A stretch of 33,247 bases of DNA, from NCBI GenBank assembly GCA_031290715.1, contig JAITNA010000209.1, positions 1 through 33,247 of the forward strand, read 5' to 3'. The notes beneath the pieces are model-generated. The model saw only the letters and a list, made by a program, of their open reading frames with translations, did not search any database and had not been told where the DNA came from. The stretch is from Eubacteriales Family XIII. Incertae Sedis bacterium (GTDB taxonomy: Bacteria > Bacillota > Clostridia > Peptostreptococcales > Anaerovoracaceae). Shown here one piece after another: positions 1 through 8,197 of this stretch (the first letter of the stretch is position 1; the number at the start of each line of letters is the position of its first letter). The position numbers and the translations under genes are program-made.

Positions 1-50
1 CTGATTAAATACTCGTTTGCTCTAACTGATTAAATGCAGGGATTACAATA

Positions 51-274
51 TAAGGATTGCAAAACCTCCCATTATACTGAAACCTTTCGATAGTTTTTTT
101 TAATTAAAGTTTAACATTATTCCTCGAAAAAAGTTCTGCGCCCTTTCCGCGATTGAAACAAAAGCCTTTCAGCCCTTCTCCCAACACAACCCCGGATCAA
201 ATACCCGGCTCCAAAAATCGGTTCAATAATATTATACCCAATTCCCGGAAAAATAATCAACCAAAAATAAAACC
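51..274 (-). repeat. Copy A of a duplicated AT-rich promoter/leader module (partner at 1516-1665)
   Basis: 51-104 aligns with 1516-1569 at about 47 of 54 positions. 229-249 is 21/21 identical to 1616-1636. Copy A has about 100 nt extra between the two blocks. On the minus strand it contains TATAAT boxes (231-236 and 71-76). Confidence 0.7.
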
Positions 275-296
275 GTAAATTCCCATGTATTTACGG
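261..296 (-). terminator. Rho-independent terminator downstream of the sigma factor gene
   Basis: 8-bp stem CCGTAAAT (273-280) / ATTTACGG (289-296) with an 8-nt loop. On the minus strand it is followed by TTTTATTTTT (complement of 261-272). It lies about 40 nt after the stop at 336. Confidence 0.7.
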
Positions 297-335
297 GAGG
301 ACAACAACGGGCGGTTCGCTTCCGTGTTTGCCCCC

Positions 336-1484
336 CTATCTGACCTCAAACGCCCGCTGTGCGTTGTAGTCGTTGCCGTCTGTGTCCACGATGTGAAAGG
401 AAATCAGATACCACCCCTCATCGACGAGCGCTGACAGGCCGTCCGGCACGGAGCGCCCCGTCCCCACGTGCAGTGTGCGCCCGGTCTGCATATCCGTAAT
501 CTCCCATGACACGGCCGTCGCCGCCGCGGCCTTTTCCGTGAACTGCGCGCTGCCCGGATTTCGATGGCCGCATTCGCATTCCCCGCCGACAAAGGAAATC
601 TCCCCGTCGCCGTCGCCGTATAGACTGACGACGTCGGCCTCCGTCTGTTCAAAGGAAGCCGACGCGCCGTATTGCATATTGACCCCGATCCCAATCGTGA
701 ACGCGGTGACGAAACCGGCGACGAAAACAGCGACAAACTTCGCCGCCATCGCGCCGGGCGCCGCCGTGCCGTGTGCCGGGACGATGGCTGCGCGCACCTG
801 TGACGTAAGCTCCGCCTGCAGCTCGGGCGTGAACATCTCGGCGGACACCGCTTGCAACGCGACCGTTATCGCCGCGCTTTCCGCTCTTGATTCTTTTTCC
901 ATCAGCCTTCTTTTGATCATGGCCCTCGCCCTTGTCAAATTTGATGTAACCGTGTTCACATTCGTTTCCGTAATATCCGCAATCTCTTTGACGCTCATAT
1001 CGCTGTAATAAAACATCAGCACCACTTCGCGCTGTTTCTCGCCGAGCGACATGACGGCGTCCATCAGTTCCCCCCGCGATTCCGCGTCCTCCGTGTATTG
1101 CTCCGGCATGAAGTCGCGGTCGTCGTCCGTGATCTGCAGGATTGCGGTGTCATCCCCGGCTTGCGGCGCGCCGCCCTCCATATACACCGTGTCTTTCACC
1201 CGCTTTGCTTTGCGGAGCATTTGATAGCAGACATTGTGTACGATTTTCATAATCCACGACTCCACCGCCGCCGGGTCTTTCAGCCCGCCTATGGAATGGC
1301 AGATACGCAAAGCCGACTCCTGCGCCGCGTCCTTGGCGTCGTCGGTATTACCAAGCAAGCCGTAGGCGATGAAATACATGTTTTCCATCTTTTTTCCGCA
1401 TAACTCGGCGACCGCTTTCTGATTCCCCCGTATCGCCGCTTTTGCGATTTGCGCGATACCGCCGTCGCGTGCATATCCGTGCAT
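336..1484 (-). CDS. Sigma-70 family (ECF-like) RNA polymerase sigma factor fused to one transmembrane helix and a ~110-aa C-terminal extracytoplasmic domain
   Basis: 382-aa ORF. The N-terminal ~190 aa have a region 2-like segment (DAAQESALRI...VESWIMKIVHNVCYQMLRK) and a region 4 HTH (QREVVLMFYYSDMSVKEIADITETNVNTVTSNLTRARAMIKRRL). This is followed by a hydrophobic helix (AAKFVAVFVAGFVTAFTIGIGV) and a Cys/His-containing tail (GECECGH). An SD-like AAGGGGGG lies just upstream of the ATG at 1484. Confidence 0.8.
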   Translation of the reverse strand: MHGYARDGGIAQIAKAAIRGNQKAVAELCGKKMENMYFIAYGLLGNTDDAKDAAQESALRICHSIGGLKDPAAVESWIMKIVHNVCYQMLRKAKRVKDTVYMEGGAPQAGDDTAILQITDDDRDFMPEQYTEDAESRGELMDAVMSLGEKQREVVLMFYYSDMSVKEIADITETNVNTVTSNLTRARAMIKRRLMEKESRAESAAITVALQAVSAEMFTPELQAELTSQVRAAIVPAHGTAAPGAMAAKFVAVFVAGFVTAFTIGIGVNMQYGASASFEQTEADVVSLYGDGDGEISFVGGECECGHRNPGSAQFTEKAAAATAVSWEITDMQTGRTLHVGTGRSVPDGLSALVDEGWYLISFHIVDTDGNDYNAQRAFEVR

Positions 1485-1515
1485 AAACCCCCCTTGCCTA
1501 TTCCTTTCTATATAA

Positions 1516-1665
1516 TAAGGACTGCAAAACCTCTCATTATGCTGAACCCTTTTGAGATTTTTTTTATTTTGCTGAAATTTTTCCTCAATTCCTCAATTCA
1601 AAATACAGCATAAAGATATTATACCCAATTCCCGGATAAATAAACGCAGCAAAAAAATAAAACAC
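1516..1665 (-). repeat. Copy B of the duplicated promoter/leader module, upstream region of the sigma factor gene
   Basis: See the 51-274 alignment. On the minus strand it contains TATAAT (1618-1623) and CATAAT (1536-1541) upstream of the start at 1484. Confidence 0.7.
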
Positions 1666-1697
1666 CGCCCCGCAAATTCACTTGTAACTATTCGCCC

Positions 1698-2306
1698 CTA
1701 CCACTTATGCAAGAAAGGCGACAGCCGTTTGTACAGCAAAAACACCACGACCGCGTTGATCGCGAACTTGATGAGGTTGAACGGCAGGATCGCAGTCGGA
1801 ATCATGCCGTAGACAAATTCAACGGACGTGACCATGAAATGCGGCGTGATGAGGATGTTGGCCGGAATCATGACGAGTACCATGCACAGCCCGCCGAGGA
1901 TGAGCCCCGTCAGCGCGCCGCGCCTTGACTTGAATTTTTTGTAGATCGACCCGGAAACGAATACGTACATTCCGATGGCGATCATGTGCATGATCATCCC
2001 GTAAGGCCCATTCGCCATGCCGATCAGTACATCGTGCAGCAGGATGGACAGCGCCGCGATAACAAGGCCGGGGAGCGGCCCGAACGCGAACGCCGCGATG
2101 AGGATCGGGATGTCCGACACCTCGAATTCGAGGAAGGGCGCGGCGGGCAGGATGGGGAAATGGATGAGGGAGCAGATCACGGAGATGGCGACCATCAGCC
2201 CCATCTTCGCGAGCATGACGGTCCGGTGGTGCCGCTGCGCTTCGGCGCCGACCCGCACGGTTTTCTTGGGTGTTTTCTTTGGTTTTTCCTGTGGTGTTGT
2301 TCGCAT
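1698..2306 (-). CDS. ribU: ECF transporter S component, riboflavin-type (RibU-like)
   Basis: Multi-pass membrane protein typical of ECF S components. It lies directly downstream of an FMN riboswitch. The start was moved to the internal ATG at 2306 (MRTTPQEK...), which has AAGGAG 7 nt upstream; the longer ORF up to 2411 would run through the riboswitch terminator. Confidence 0.75.
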   Translation of the reverse strand: MRTTPQEKPKKTPKKTVRVGAEAQRHHRTVMLAKMGLMVAISVICSLIHFPILPAAPFLEFEVSDIPILIAAFAFGPLPGLVIAALSILLHDVLIGMANGPYGMIMHMIAIGMYVFVSGSIYKKFKSRRGALTGLILGGLCMVLVMIPANILITPHFMVTSVEFVYGMIPTAILPFNLIKFAINAVVVFLLYKRLSPFLHKW

Positions 2307-2363
2307 TTTCCGATCTCCTTTTTCTTTTCCGCTTTTTCGATTTTCGCCGATTTTCCGGAGCGC

Positions 2364-2392
2364 ATAAAAAGCCCCCGAATACTCAGGGGCGA
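2364..2392 (-). terminator. Intrinsic terminator acting as the FMN riboswitch expression platform
   Basis: The minus strand reads GCCCCTGAGTATTCGGGGGC followed by TTTTTAT. It sits between the aptamer and the ribU start. Confidence 0.75.
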
Positions 2393-2418
2393 ACCATGCA
2401 AACGCGATCACGTTTCCT

Positions 2419-2667
2419 TGTTTCTCTCATCCGGACTTAGAATCCGCCGCCGGCCCGCTGATGATGGTCATCAGCCGCCCGCCGCAAAAATCGCTTACCG
2501 TCGGTCCCGGATTCAAACCGGGTCGGCTTCCTGCGCTTCGCCGATTGAATCATCCCATCCAATCCGTGAAACACATTCCGCTCGCGGACTCGTAGCTATG
2601 GGCTTTGCCTTCTGCCGCGCCCTCGCTCATCACCGCCGGTGGGGAATCTCACCCCGCCCCGAAACAC
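2419..2667 (-). promoter_or_regulatory. FMN riboswitch (RFN element) aptamer
   Basis: The minus strand carries the RFN hallmarks: GGGGCGGGGTGAGATTCCCCACCGGCGGTGATGAGC, AGTCCGCGAGC, GACCCGGTTTGAATCCGGGACCGACGGTAA and AAGTCCGGATGAGAGAAAC. P1 is closed by TGTTTC (2662-2667) and GAAACA (2419-2424). Confidence 0.9.
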
Positions 2668-2686
2668 ATTATTCATTTCTTCCTAT

Positions 2687-2716
2687 ACTATACCGAATGT
2701 TCCCGTACGCTGTCAA
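2687..2716 (-). promoter_or_regulatory. Sigma70-type promoter for the FMN riboswitch-ribU transcript
   Basis: On the minus strand: TTGACA (2711-2716), 18-nt spacer, TATAGT (2687-2692). It lies about 20 nt upstream of riboswitch P1 and inside the last codons of the upstream CDS. Confidence 0.65.
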
Positions 2717-3665
2717 ATAAAAGATCGGCGCCGTGGATAATAAGATCCGCAAGCTCTAGGTCCAAAACCCACTTCGGCGGGATTTCAAGGCAGCCGGCGA
2801 TCATGCCGATGATGTTCCCGCAGATCGGCGCGATGCTGTCGTTGTTGCCGTTGAAATCCGTCGCCGCGTTGGTCGCGGACGCGAAATCTTCCCCGAACAC
2901 GAGGGCCAGATATGTGGCGATCGCGATGGCTTCCGGCGCACGGTAGCCCTCCCCGATCGACTCGATGGCCTTGCGCGTCGATATCTTCTCCTTTGAAAGC
3001 CGGGCCGCCTTGCGGATCAAATCCGCGCAAACCGTATCCCCGTCCCCGCTCGCCGCGAGTGTTCCGAGCGCCGCTTCGGTCGCGTCAGGCAGCGTCGCCC
3101 CCTGTGCAAGGTAAGAAATGAGCGCCGCCATATAGCCCGCGGAATGAATCGCTTCCGTATGCCCGTGCGTCAGCGCGGCGCTTTCGCAGCCGATGCTGAA
3201 CGCCCGGTCCGCGTCGTTGGCAAAATACAGACCGATCGGGGATACGCGCATGACACAGCCGCAAGCCTTGGAATTGTTAATACGGCTTTTGAGAGAGCCG
3301 TAACTATTTTTGATACTGGCCCCGAGCGCGTTGAGGGAGGTGACGCCTTTCCCGCGCCGCGCAAAGAGCTCATCGCGCTGCATGACCTCGCCGCCGAGGA
3401 TGAAGCCGTAGTCCTTGTCGGCCAAGTTTCCGGTCTGCGTATAATACCACTTTTGATAAGAATAAAAAAGGCAGGGAATATAGGCGTACACGCCCTTTCG
3501 CTTGGCCCGCTCGTCCGCCCAGATCATCCCGTCCACCGTAAAGACGGACATCTGCGTATTGTCGGAAATCAGGTCCTTGCCGCCCTCCCGGACATCGTAG
3601 CCCTTGGCGTCCCCGGTCGCGCCGCCAAGCAGGCAGCCTCTGAAATGCGACTTATCAATTCTCAT
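2688..3665 (-). CDS. ADP-ribosylglycohydrolase family protein
   Basis: 325 aa. N-terminal motif GCLLGGATGDAKGY and C-terminal NGNNDSIAPICGNIIGMIAG are typical of the ADP-ribosylglycohydrolase (DraG/ARH) fold. GGAGG lies upstream of the ATG at 3665. Confidence 0.8.
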   Translation of the reverse strand: MRIDKSHFRGCLLGGATGDAKGYDVREGGKDLISDNTQMSVFTVDGMIWADERAKRKGVYAYIPCLFYSYQKWYYTQTGNLADKDYGFILGGEVMQRDELFARRGKGVTSLNALGASIKNSYGSLKSRINNSKACGCVMRVSPIGLYFANDADRAFSIGCESAALTHGHTEAIHSAGYMAALISYLAQGATLPDATEAALGTLAASGDGDTVCADLIRKAARLSKEKISTRKAIESIGEGYRAPEAIAIATYLALVFGEDFASATNAATDFNGNNDSIAPICGNIIGMIAGCLEIPPKWVLDLELADLIIHGADLLFDSVREHSV

Positions 3666-3680
3666 GATTCAAACCTCCAA

Positions 3681-3710
3681 ATCATCATCTTCATCATCAT
3701 TATTATTATC
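3681..3710 (-). repeat. Trinucleotide (GAT/AAT) tract between glmS and the ADP-ribosylglycohydrolase gene
   Basis: The minus strand reads GAT AAT AAT AAT GAT GAT GAA GAT GAT GAT, a markedly AT-rich tract between GC-rich genes. Confidence 0.9.
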
Positions 3711-3713
3711 GTT

Positions 3714-5543
3714 TCATTCAACGGTGACGGATTTCGCGAGATTTCTCGGTTGGTCGATCTCGCGCCCGCGCAGCTTCGCGATGTGGTAGGAAATGAGATG
3801 AAAGGGGACGATCGAAACCAAGGGCGCGATTTCATCCGAACACTCCGGGATGAAAAACGCGTCGTCGGCCACTTCGCCGATCCTGCCGGCCCCCGCTTTC
3901 GCGATGGCGACGACCTGCGCTTTCCGCGCCTTCATTTCCTCTATATTGGAAATCATCTTCTCATACAGGGCCGCCTGTGTCGCGAGGGCAAAGAAAAGTA
4001 CGTCCTTCGTGATCAGCGCGATGGTCCCGTGCTTGAGCTCGCCGGCCGCGATGGCGAAACTGTTGATGTAGGTAATCTCCTTGAGCTTCAAGCTCGCTTC
4101 CTGCGCGGTCACCACATCAAGCCCGCGCCCGACGTAAAAGATTTTTTCTTTTTTGTAATGCTCCTTCGCGAGCCCGATGAATCTCTCCTCGTTTTTCAGC
4201 ACTTCCTCCACCATCGCCGGCGCTTCCGCAAGCTCGCCGAGGAGCCGCCCGCACGCGGCTTCGTCCGTCGTCCCGCGCAAAAGCCCCATGTACATCGCGA
4301 TGAGATAGAGCGAGGTCAGCTGCGTCGTATACGCCTTTGTCGAAGCCACCGCGATCTCGGGGCCCGCCCAGGTATAAAACACATGATCCGACGCCCGCGC
4401 CACGGAGCTGCCGACCACATTGACGATGGAGAGAATCTTTGCCCCCTTCCGCTTCGCTTCGCGCAGCCCTTCGAGCGTGTCGGTCGTTTCCCCGGACTGG
4501 CTGATACAAATGCACAGCGTCCGTTCGTTCACAATGGGGTCGCGGTAGCGGAATTCGGAGGAAAGATCGGCCTCGCACGGAATGCGCGCGTATTTTTCGA
4601 TGAGCGCCTTGCCGATGAGCCCGGCGTGCAGTGCCGTCCCGCAAGCGATGATATAGATACGTTCGAGCCCGTCGAGCTCTTCCTTTGTGAACTCCAAATC
4701 GTCGAGGGCGATATGCCCGCTGTCGTCTATCCGGCGCCGCAGGGTTTCGCGAATGCCCGCCGGCTGCTCGAAGATTTCTTTGCGCATGAAATGCTCATAC
4801 CCGCCCTTTTCCGCCGCCGTGACATCCCAATCGATGTGCGTCCGCGTCCGGTTCATGCGCGTCTTTTCCTCGTCGAAAATCTGCACGCCGCCCCGCGTGA
4901 CGACGACGATCTCGTTGTTTTCGATGAAATAGACGTCTTTGGTATATTTGAGCAGGGCCGGAATATCCGACGCGATCAAGCCGCCCTCCGCGCAGACGCC
5001 CGCAATCAGCGGCGCATCTTTCCGAATGGCGATGATCCGGTCGGGTTCGCTCTCGGCCAACGCGGCGACGGCATAGGCCCCCCTCATGCGCCTTGACGCG
5101 CTGCGCACCGCGTCAAAAAGATCGCCGTCATAATACAGGGAAATCAAATGGGCGATGACCTCGGAGTCCGTTTCCGAAACGAAACGAATCTCATTTTCCC
5201 GCGTCAGTTCTTCGCGGAGCTCCATGAAATTTTCAATAATCCCGTTGTGGACGATGGCGATACGGCCGTCGCCGCTCTGATGGGGATGGGCGTTTTCCCG
5301 CGTCGGCGCGCCGTGCGTCGCCCAGCGCGTATGGCCGATCCCGATCGGCCCGTCGAACTCGGGGCCGCCCACCTTGGCTTCGAGGGCTTTCAATTTTCCC
5401 GACTCCTTGCGCACGAGCAATTTCCCCTTGCGTATGAGCGCAATGCCCGCCGAGTCGTAGCCCCGGTATTCCAATGACTTCAGGCCGGAGAGAATCATTT
5501 CTTTCGCGCTGCCCCCGCCCACATATCCTACGATTCCGCACAT
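3714..5543 (-). CDS. glmS: Glutamine--fructose-6-phosphate aminotransferase
   Basis: 609 aa. It starts MCGIVGYVGG (N-terminal nucleophile Cys), has two SIS domains and ends ...AKSVTVE. Confidence 0.97.
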   Translation of the reverse strand: MCGIVGYVGGGSAKEMILSGLKSLEYRGYDSAGIALIRKGKLLVRKESGKLKALEAKVGGPEFDGPIGIGHTRWATHGAPTRENAHPHQSGDGRIAIVHNGIIENFMELREELTRENEIRFVSETDSEVIAHLISLYYDGDLFDAVRSASRRMRGAYAVAALAESEPDRIIAIRKDAPLIAGVCAEGGLIASDIPALLKYTKDVYFIENNEIVVVTRGGVQIFDEEKTRMNRTRTHIDWDVTAAEKGGYEHFMRKEIFEQPAGIRETLRRRIDDSGHIALDDLEFTKEELDGLERIYIIACGTALHAGLIGKALIEKYARIPCEADLSSEFRYRDPIVNERTLCICISQSGETTDTLEGLREAKRKGAKILSIVNVVGSSVARASDHVFYTWAGPEIAVASTKAYTTQLTSLYLIAMYMGLLRGTTDEAACGRLLGELAEAPAMVEEVLKNEERFIGLAKEHYKKEKIFYVGRGLDVVTAQEASLKLKEITYINSFAIAAGELKHGTIALITKDVLFFALATQAALYEKMISNIEEMKARKAQVVAIAKAGAGRIGEVADDAFFIPECSDEIAPLVSIVPFHLISYHIAKLRGREIDQPRNLAKSVTVE

Positions 5544-5607
5544 ATAAACATAGCCCTTTCTACAGCCCTTTTCCCATTGTCAAGGAAATCTAACTCTATT
5601 CGGCAAA

Positions 5608-6963
5608 TCAGCGAAGCCGGTCCTCGAGAAGGCGAACCATCCTGTCGGCCAAATGATCCAGCTTCTTCCTGTCCTCCCCTTCGAGCATGACGCGCACGAG
5701 CGGCTCCGTACCCGAAGGCCGGATCAGCATACGCCCCCTGCCGCGCATTTCTTCCTCCGCGGAAGCCATCGCCGCCGCGATTTTTTCATCCTTATCAAAA
5801 CTGTATTTGTTTTCATCCTTGACCTTCGCGTTTTTGAGTACCTGCGGGTAAATCGTCACCGCCGCGCTTAGCTCCGACGCCTTCTTTCCGCTCCGCACAA
5901 GGGCTTCGAGAAAACGCAGCGCCGCGTAGGTCCCGTCGCCCGTCGTATTTTCCGAAAGAAAGATGATATGCCCGGACTGCTCGCCGCCGAGTATCGAATC
6001 CGTCTTTTGCATCATTTCCAATACATAGCGGTCGCCGACGTCGGCGCGCTGCAGGCGTATCCCTTCCTTTCCGAGCGCTTCGGCAAGGCCCAGATTGCTC
6101 ATCACGGTGGCCGTCAGAAGGTCGTTTTTCAATTTCCCCTCCGCTTTCAGGGCCTTCGCGCAGATAAACATGAGCTTGTCGCCGTCGACGACCCGCCCCG
6201 TTTCATCCGCCGCGATCAGGCGGTCCGCGTCCCCGTCAAAAGCCAAGCCGGCGTCAGCCTTTTCTTTCACGACCCGCCTCATCATCCGCTCGGGATGCGT
6301 CGAGCCGCAGCCGTCGTTGATGTTTGTCCCATCCGGGTTCACGCCCATGTAGAGCGCCCGCACGCCCAATTTGCCGAAAACCGCCTTCGCGGATTGATAG
6401 GCCGCCCCGTTCGCGCAGTCGACGACGATCCGCAGCCCGGACAGCTCCGTTTTGACACTGCCCGTGAGAAATTCCGTGTAATGTTTCATGGCGTCGTTTG
6501 TGCGCGGGGCCGTCCGACCCACAAGACTGCCCGTGATGTGGCCGTTGACATCCTTGTTTCCGGCGATGATCTCCTCGATCTCGTTCTCGACCTCATCCTC
6601 CAATTTGCGGCCGCGCGCGTTGAAAAATTTGACGCCGTTGTACTCAAAGGTATTGTGCGAAGCGGAAATAACGACGCCGGCCGCCGCGCCGATCTCTTTC
6701 GTCAAAAACGCGACGCCGGGCGTCGGGATCACGCCGGCCTTGATCACGTCGCAGCCCATGGACAAAAGCCCCGCGCTGATCGAATCCTCGAGCATGTCCC
6801 CCGATATGCGCGTATCGCGCCCGATGAGGACGACCGGCCTTTTCCCTTTCACGCCCTTGCCCAGAACCAAGCCGCCGGCGACGCCAAGGCTGTACGCGAG
6901 GGCCGCCGTGAGCTCCTTGTTTGCGATGCCGCGGACGCCGTCCGTTCCGAACAGCCTACCCAT
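5608..6963 (-). CDS. glmM: Phosphoglucosamine mutase
   Basis: 451 aa. It starts MGRLFGTDGVRG, has the active-site SASHN motif and shows GlmM-like architecture. Confidence 0.96.
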   Translation of the reverse strand: MGRLFGTDGVRGIANKELTAALAYSLGVAGGLVLGKGVKGKRPVVLIGRDTRISGDMLEDSISAGLLSMGCDVIKAGVIPTPGVAFLTKEIGAAAGVVISASHNTFEYNGVKFFNARGRKLEDEVENEIEEIIAGNKDVNGHITGSLVGRTAPRTNDAMKHYTEFLTGSVKTELSGLRIVVDCANGAAYQSAKAVFGKLGVRALYMGVNPDGTNINDGCGSTHPERMMRRVVKEKADAGLAFDGDADRLIAADETGRVVDGDKLMFICAKALKAEGKLKNDLLTATVMSNLGLAEALGKEGIRLQRADVGDRYVLEMMQKTDSILGGEQSGHIIFLSENTTGDGTYAALRFLEALVRSGKKASELSAAVTIYPQVLKNAKVKDENKYSFDKDEKIAAAMASAEEEMRGRGRMLIRPSGTEPLVRVMLEGEDRKKLDHLADRMVRLLEDRLR

Positions 6964-8197
6964 TCCCCGTCGTCCCCCCGCTTCCGGCCGCGGTATCTTT
7001 GATGATGGTGACCCGCACCTTTTCAGGCGTGACCGTAATACTTTTGAACTCCTTGTCGCAGTCGAACTGCACCGCCATTTCTATCGCGTCCGCGGATTCC
7101 GTGATTTCGGACCCATCCACAAAAAGATGGATGTCGTCCTTCGTGATGTCCGCGATCTCCGATTCCGCGGCCAAGAGCAGCGCCTTGACGCTCCCCGTAT
7201 TCAAATGCCCGGACAGCCCGTCGGCCAAGCCCCGCACTTCGATGGTTTCCGCGGTGTACTCAAACTCCGCTTTCTCAATCCCCTGCACCTTGATGTTGAC
7301 GGCAAGGTTTTTCGACGCGTCCGCGACTTCGACGTTTTGCGGCAGATAGGCATCCACCGGAATCTCCGCGGTATCGCTGATTGCCGTCATGTCAATGCCC
7401 TTGGCCCGCACCTCCGTGATCTCGGCCACAGCGTCCTTTGACCCCCGGATCACGATGGTCTTCGGAACATTCATTTCCGTCACCTCAATGCTCTCGGGCG
7501 GCTCGCCCGTGACCTCGATTCGCAGCGGGACCTCCTTCGTCTTGCATAGGGTAGCGGTCACCGAGATTTGATTTTGCGACAGATTCACAAAGTATTCGGG
7601 GTTCCCGCTTTTTGTAATGGGCACCGCTTCGAGGGACAGCGTCGTTTCTTCCTCGGAGAGGATGTCTTTCGGCACCTCGGCGCGAATGTAGTCGATGTTG
7701 TCTACGGCCGCGGCCGTACCCGCCACCTCCATCTCACTGGGCGTCACCGTGATGAATCCCGGCTCCGTGCCCGCCGCGAACTTATCCGCAAAGGCGAGCC
7801 GGACCTGCTTCGTCACCGTGATGAGATCGACGACCTCCACCGAAATGGTATCCGGCTTGATCTGCACCAATTTCATACTGCCCGGCGCCGTCACATTGAC
7901 CTTGACCGAATTGAGCCCCTTGGGATAGCCCGTCATATCCGCGGTGGCTTTGAAATCGGAAGCGGTCAGTTCGAGCACGTCGGACCTTGTCCCGTTGACC
8001 GTGACGTCGACCACATAGGAACGCGTGCGATCCACCGTAAACCCGCGGTCATACAGCATTTCCAGATTGACAAGCTCCACGGGAATGCCCCGGATCGTTT
8101 CGTCCCGCGCGGGATTGACCACCATGGTCACATAGGCCCAAATCACGATGGCCGCGATAATGGAGATCAGGAGGTTGAGCTTGTTATTTCGAAGCAT
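6956..8197 (-). CDS. cdaR: CdaR/YbbR-domain regulator of diadenylate cyclase
   Basis: N-terminal TM helix (LNLLISIIAAIVIWAYV) followed by repeated YbbR-like beta-rich modules. It sits between cdaA and glmM. I took the start as the ATG at 8197, which overlaps the cdaA stop (ATGCTTCGAAATAA); the upstream part of the ORF is Arg-rich and overlaps cdaA. Confidence 0.85.
   Translation of the reverse strand: MLRNNKLNLLISIIAAIVIWAYVTMVVNPARDETIRGIPVELVNLEMLYDRGFTVDRTRSYVVDVTVNGTRSDVLELTASDFKATADMTGYPKGLNSVKVNVTAPGSMKLVQIKPDTISVEVVDLITVTKQVRLAFADKFAAGTEPGFITVTPSEMEVAGTAAAVDNIDYIRAEVPKDILSEEETTLSLEAVPITKSGNPEYFVNLSQNQISVTATLCKTKEVPLRIEVTGEPPESIEVTEMNVPKTIVIRGSKDAVAEITEVRAKGIDMTAISDTAEIPVDAYLPQNVEVADASKNLAVNIKVQGIEKAEFEYTAETIEVRGLADGLSGHLNTGSVKALLLAAESEIADITKDDIHLFVDGSEITESADAIEMAVQFDCDKEFKSITVTPEKVRVTIIKDTAAGSGGTTGNG

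Noticed and set aside
3144-5096. Very long plus-strand ORFs, for example 3144-5096 (650 aa), 11681-13057, 21720-23486, 27550-28917 and 29583-30881
   Set aside because: All lie antisense to strongly conserved minus-strand genes. They are Arg/Pro/His/Gly-rich with no recognisable motifs. They are typical stop-poor shadow frames of GC-rich coding DNA.
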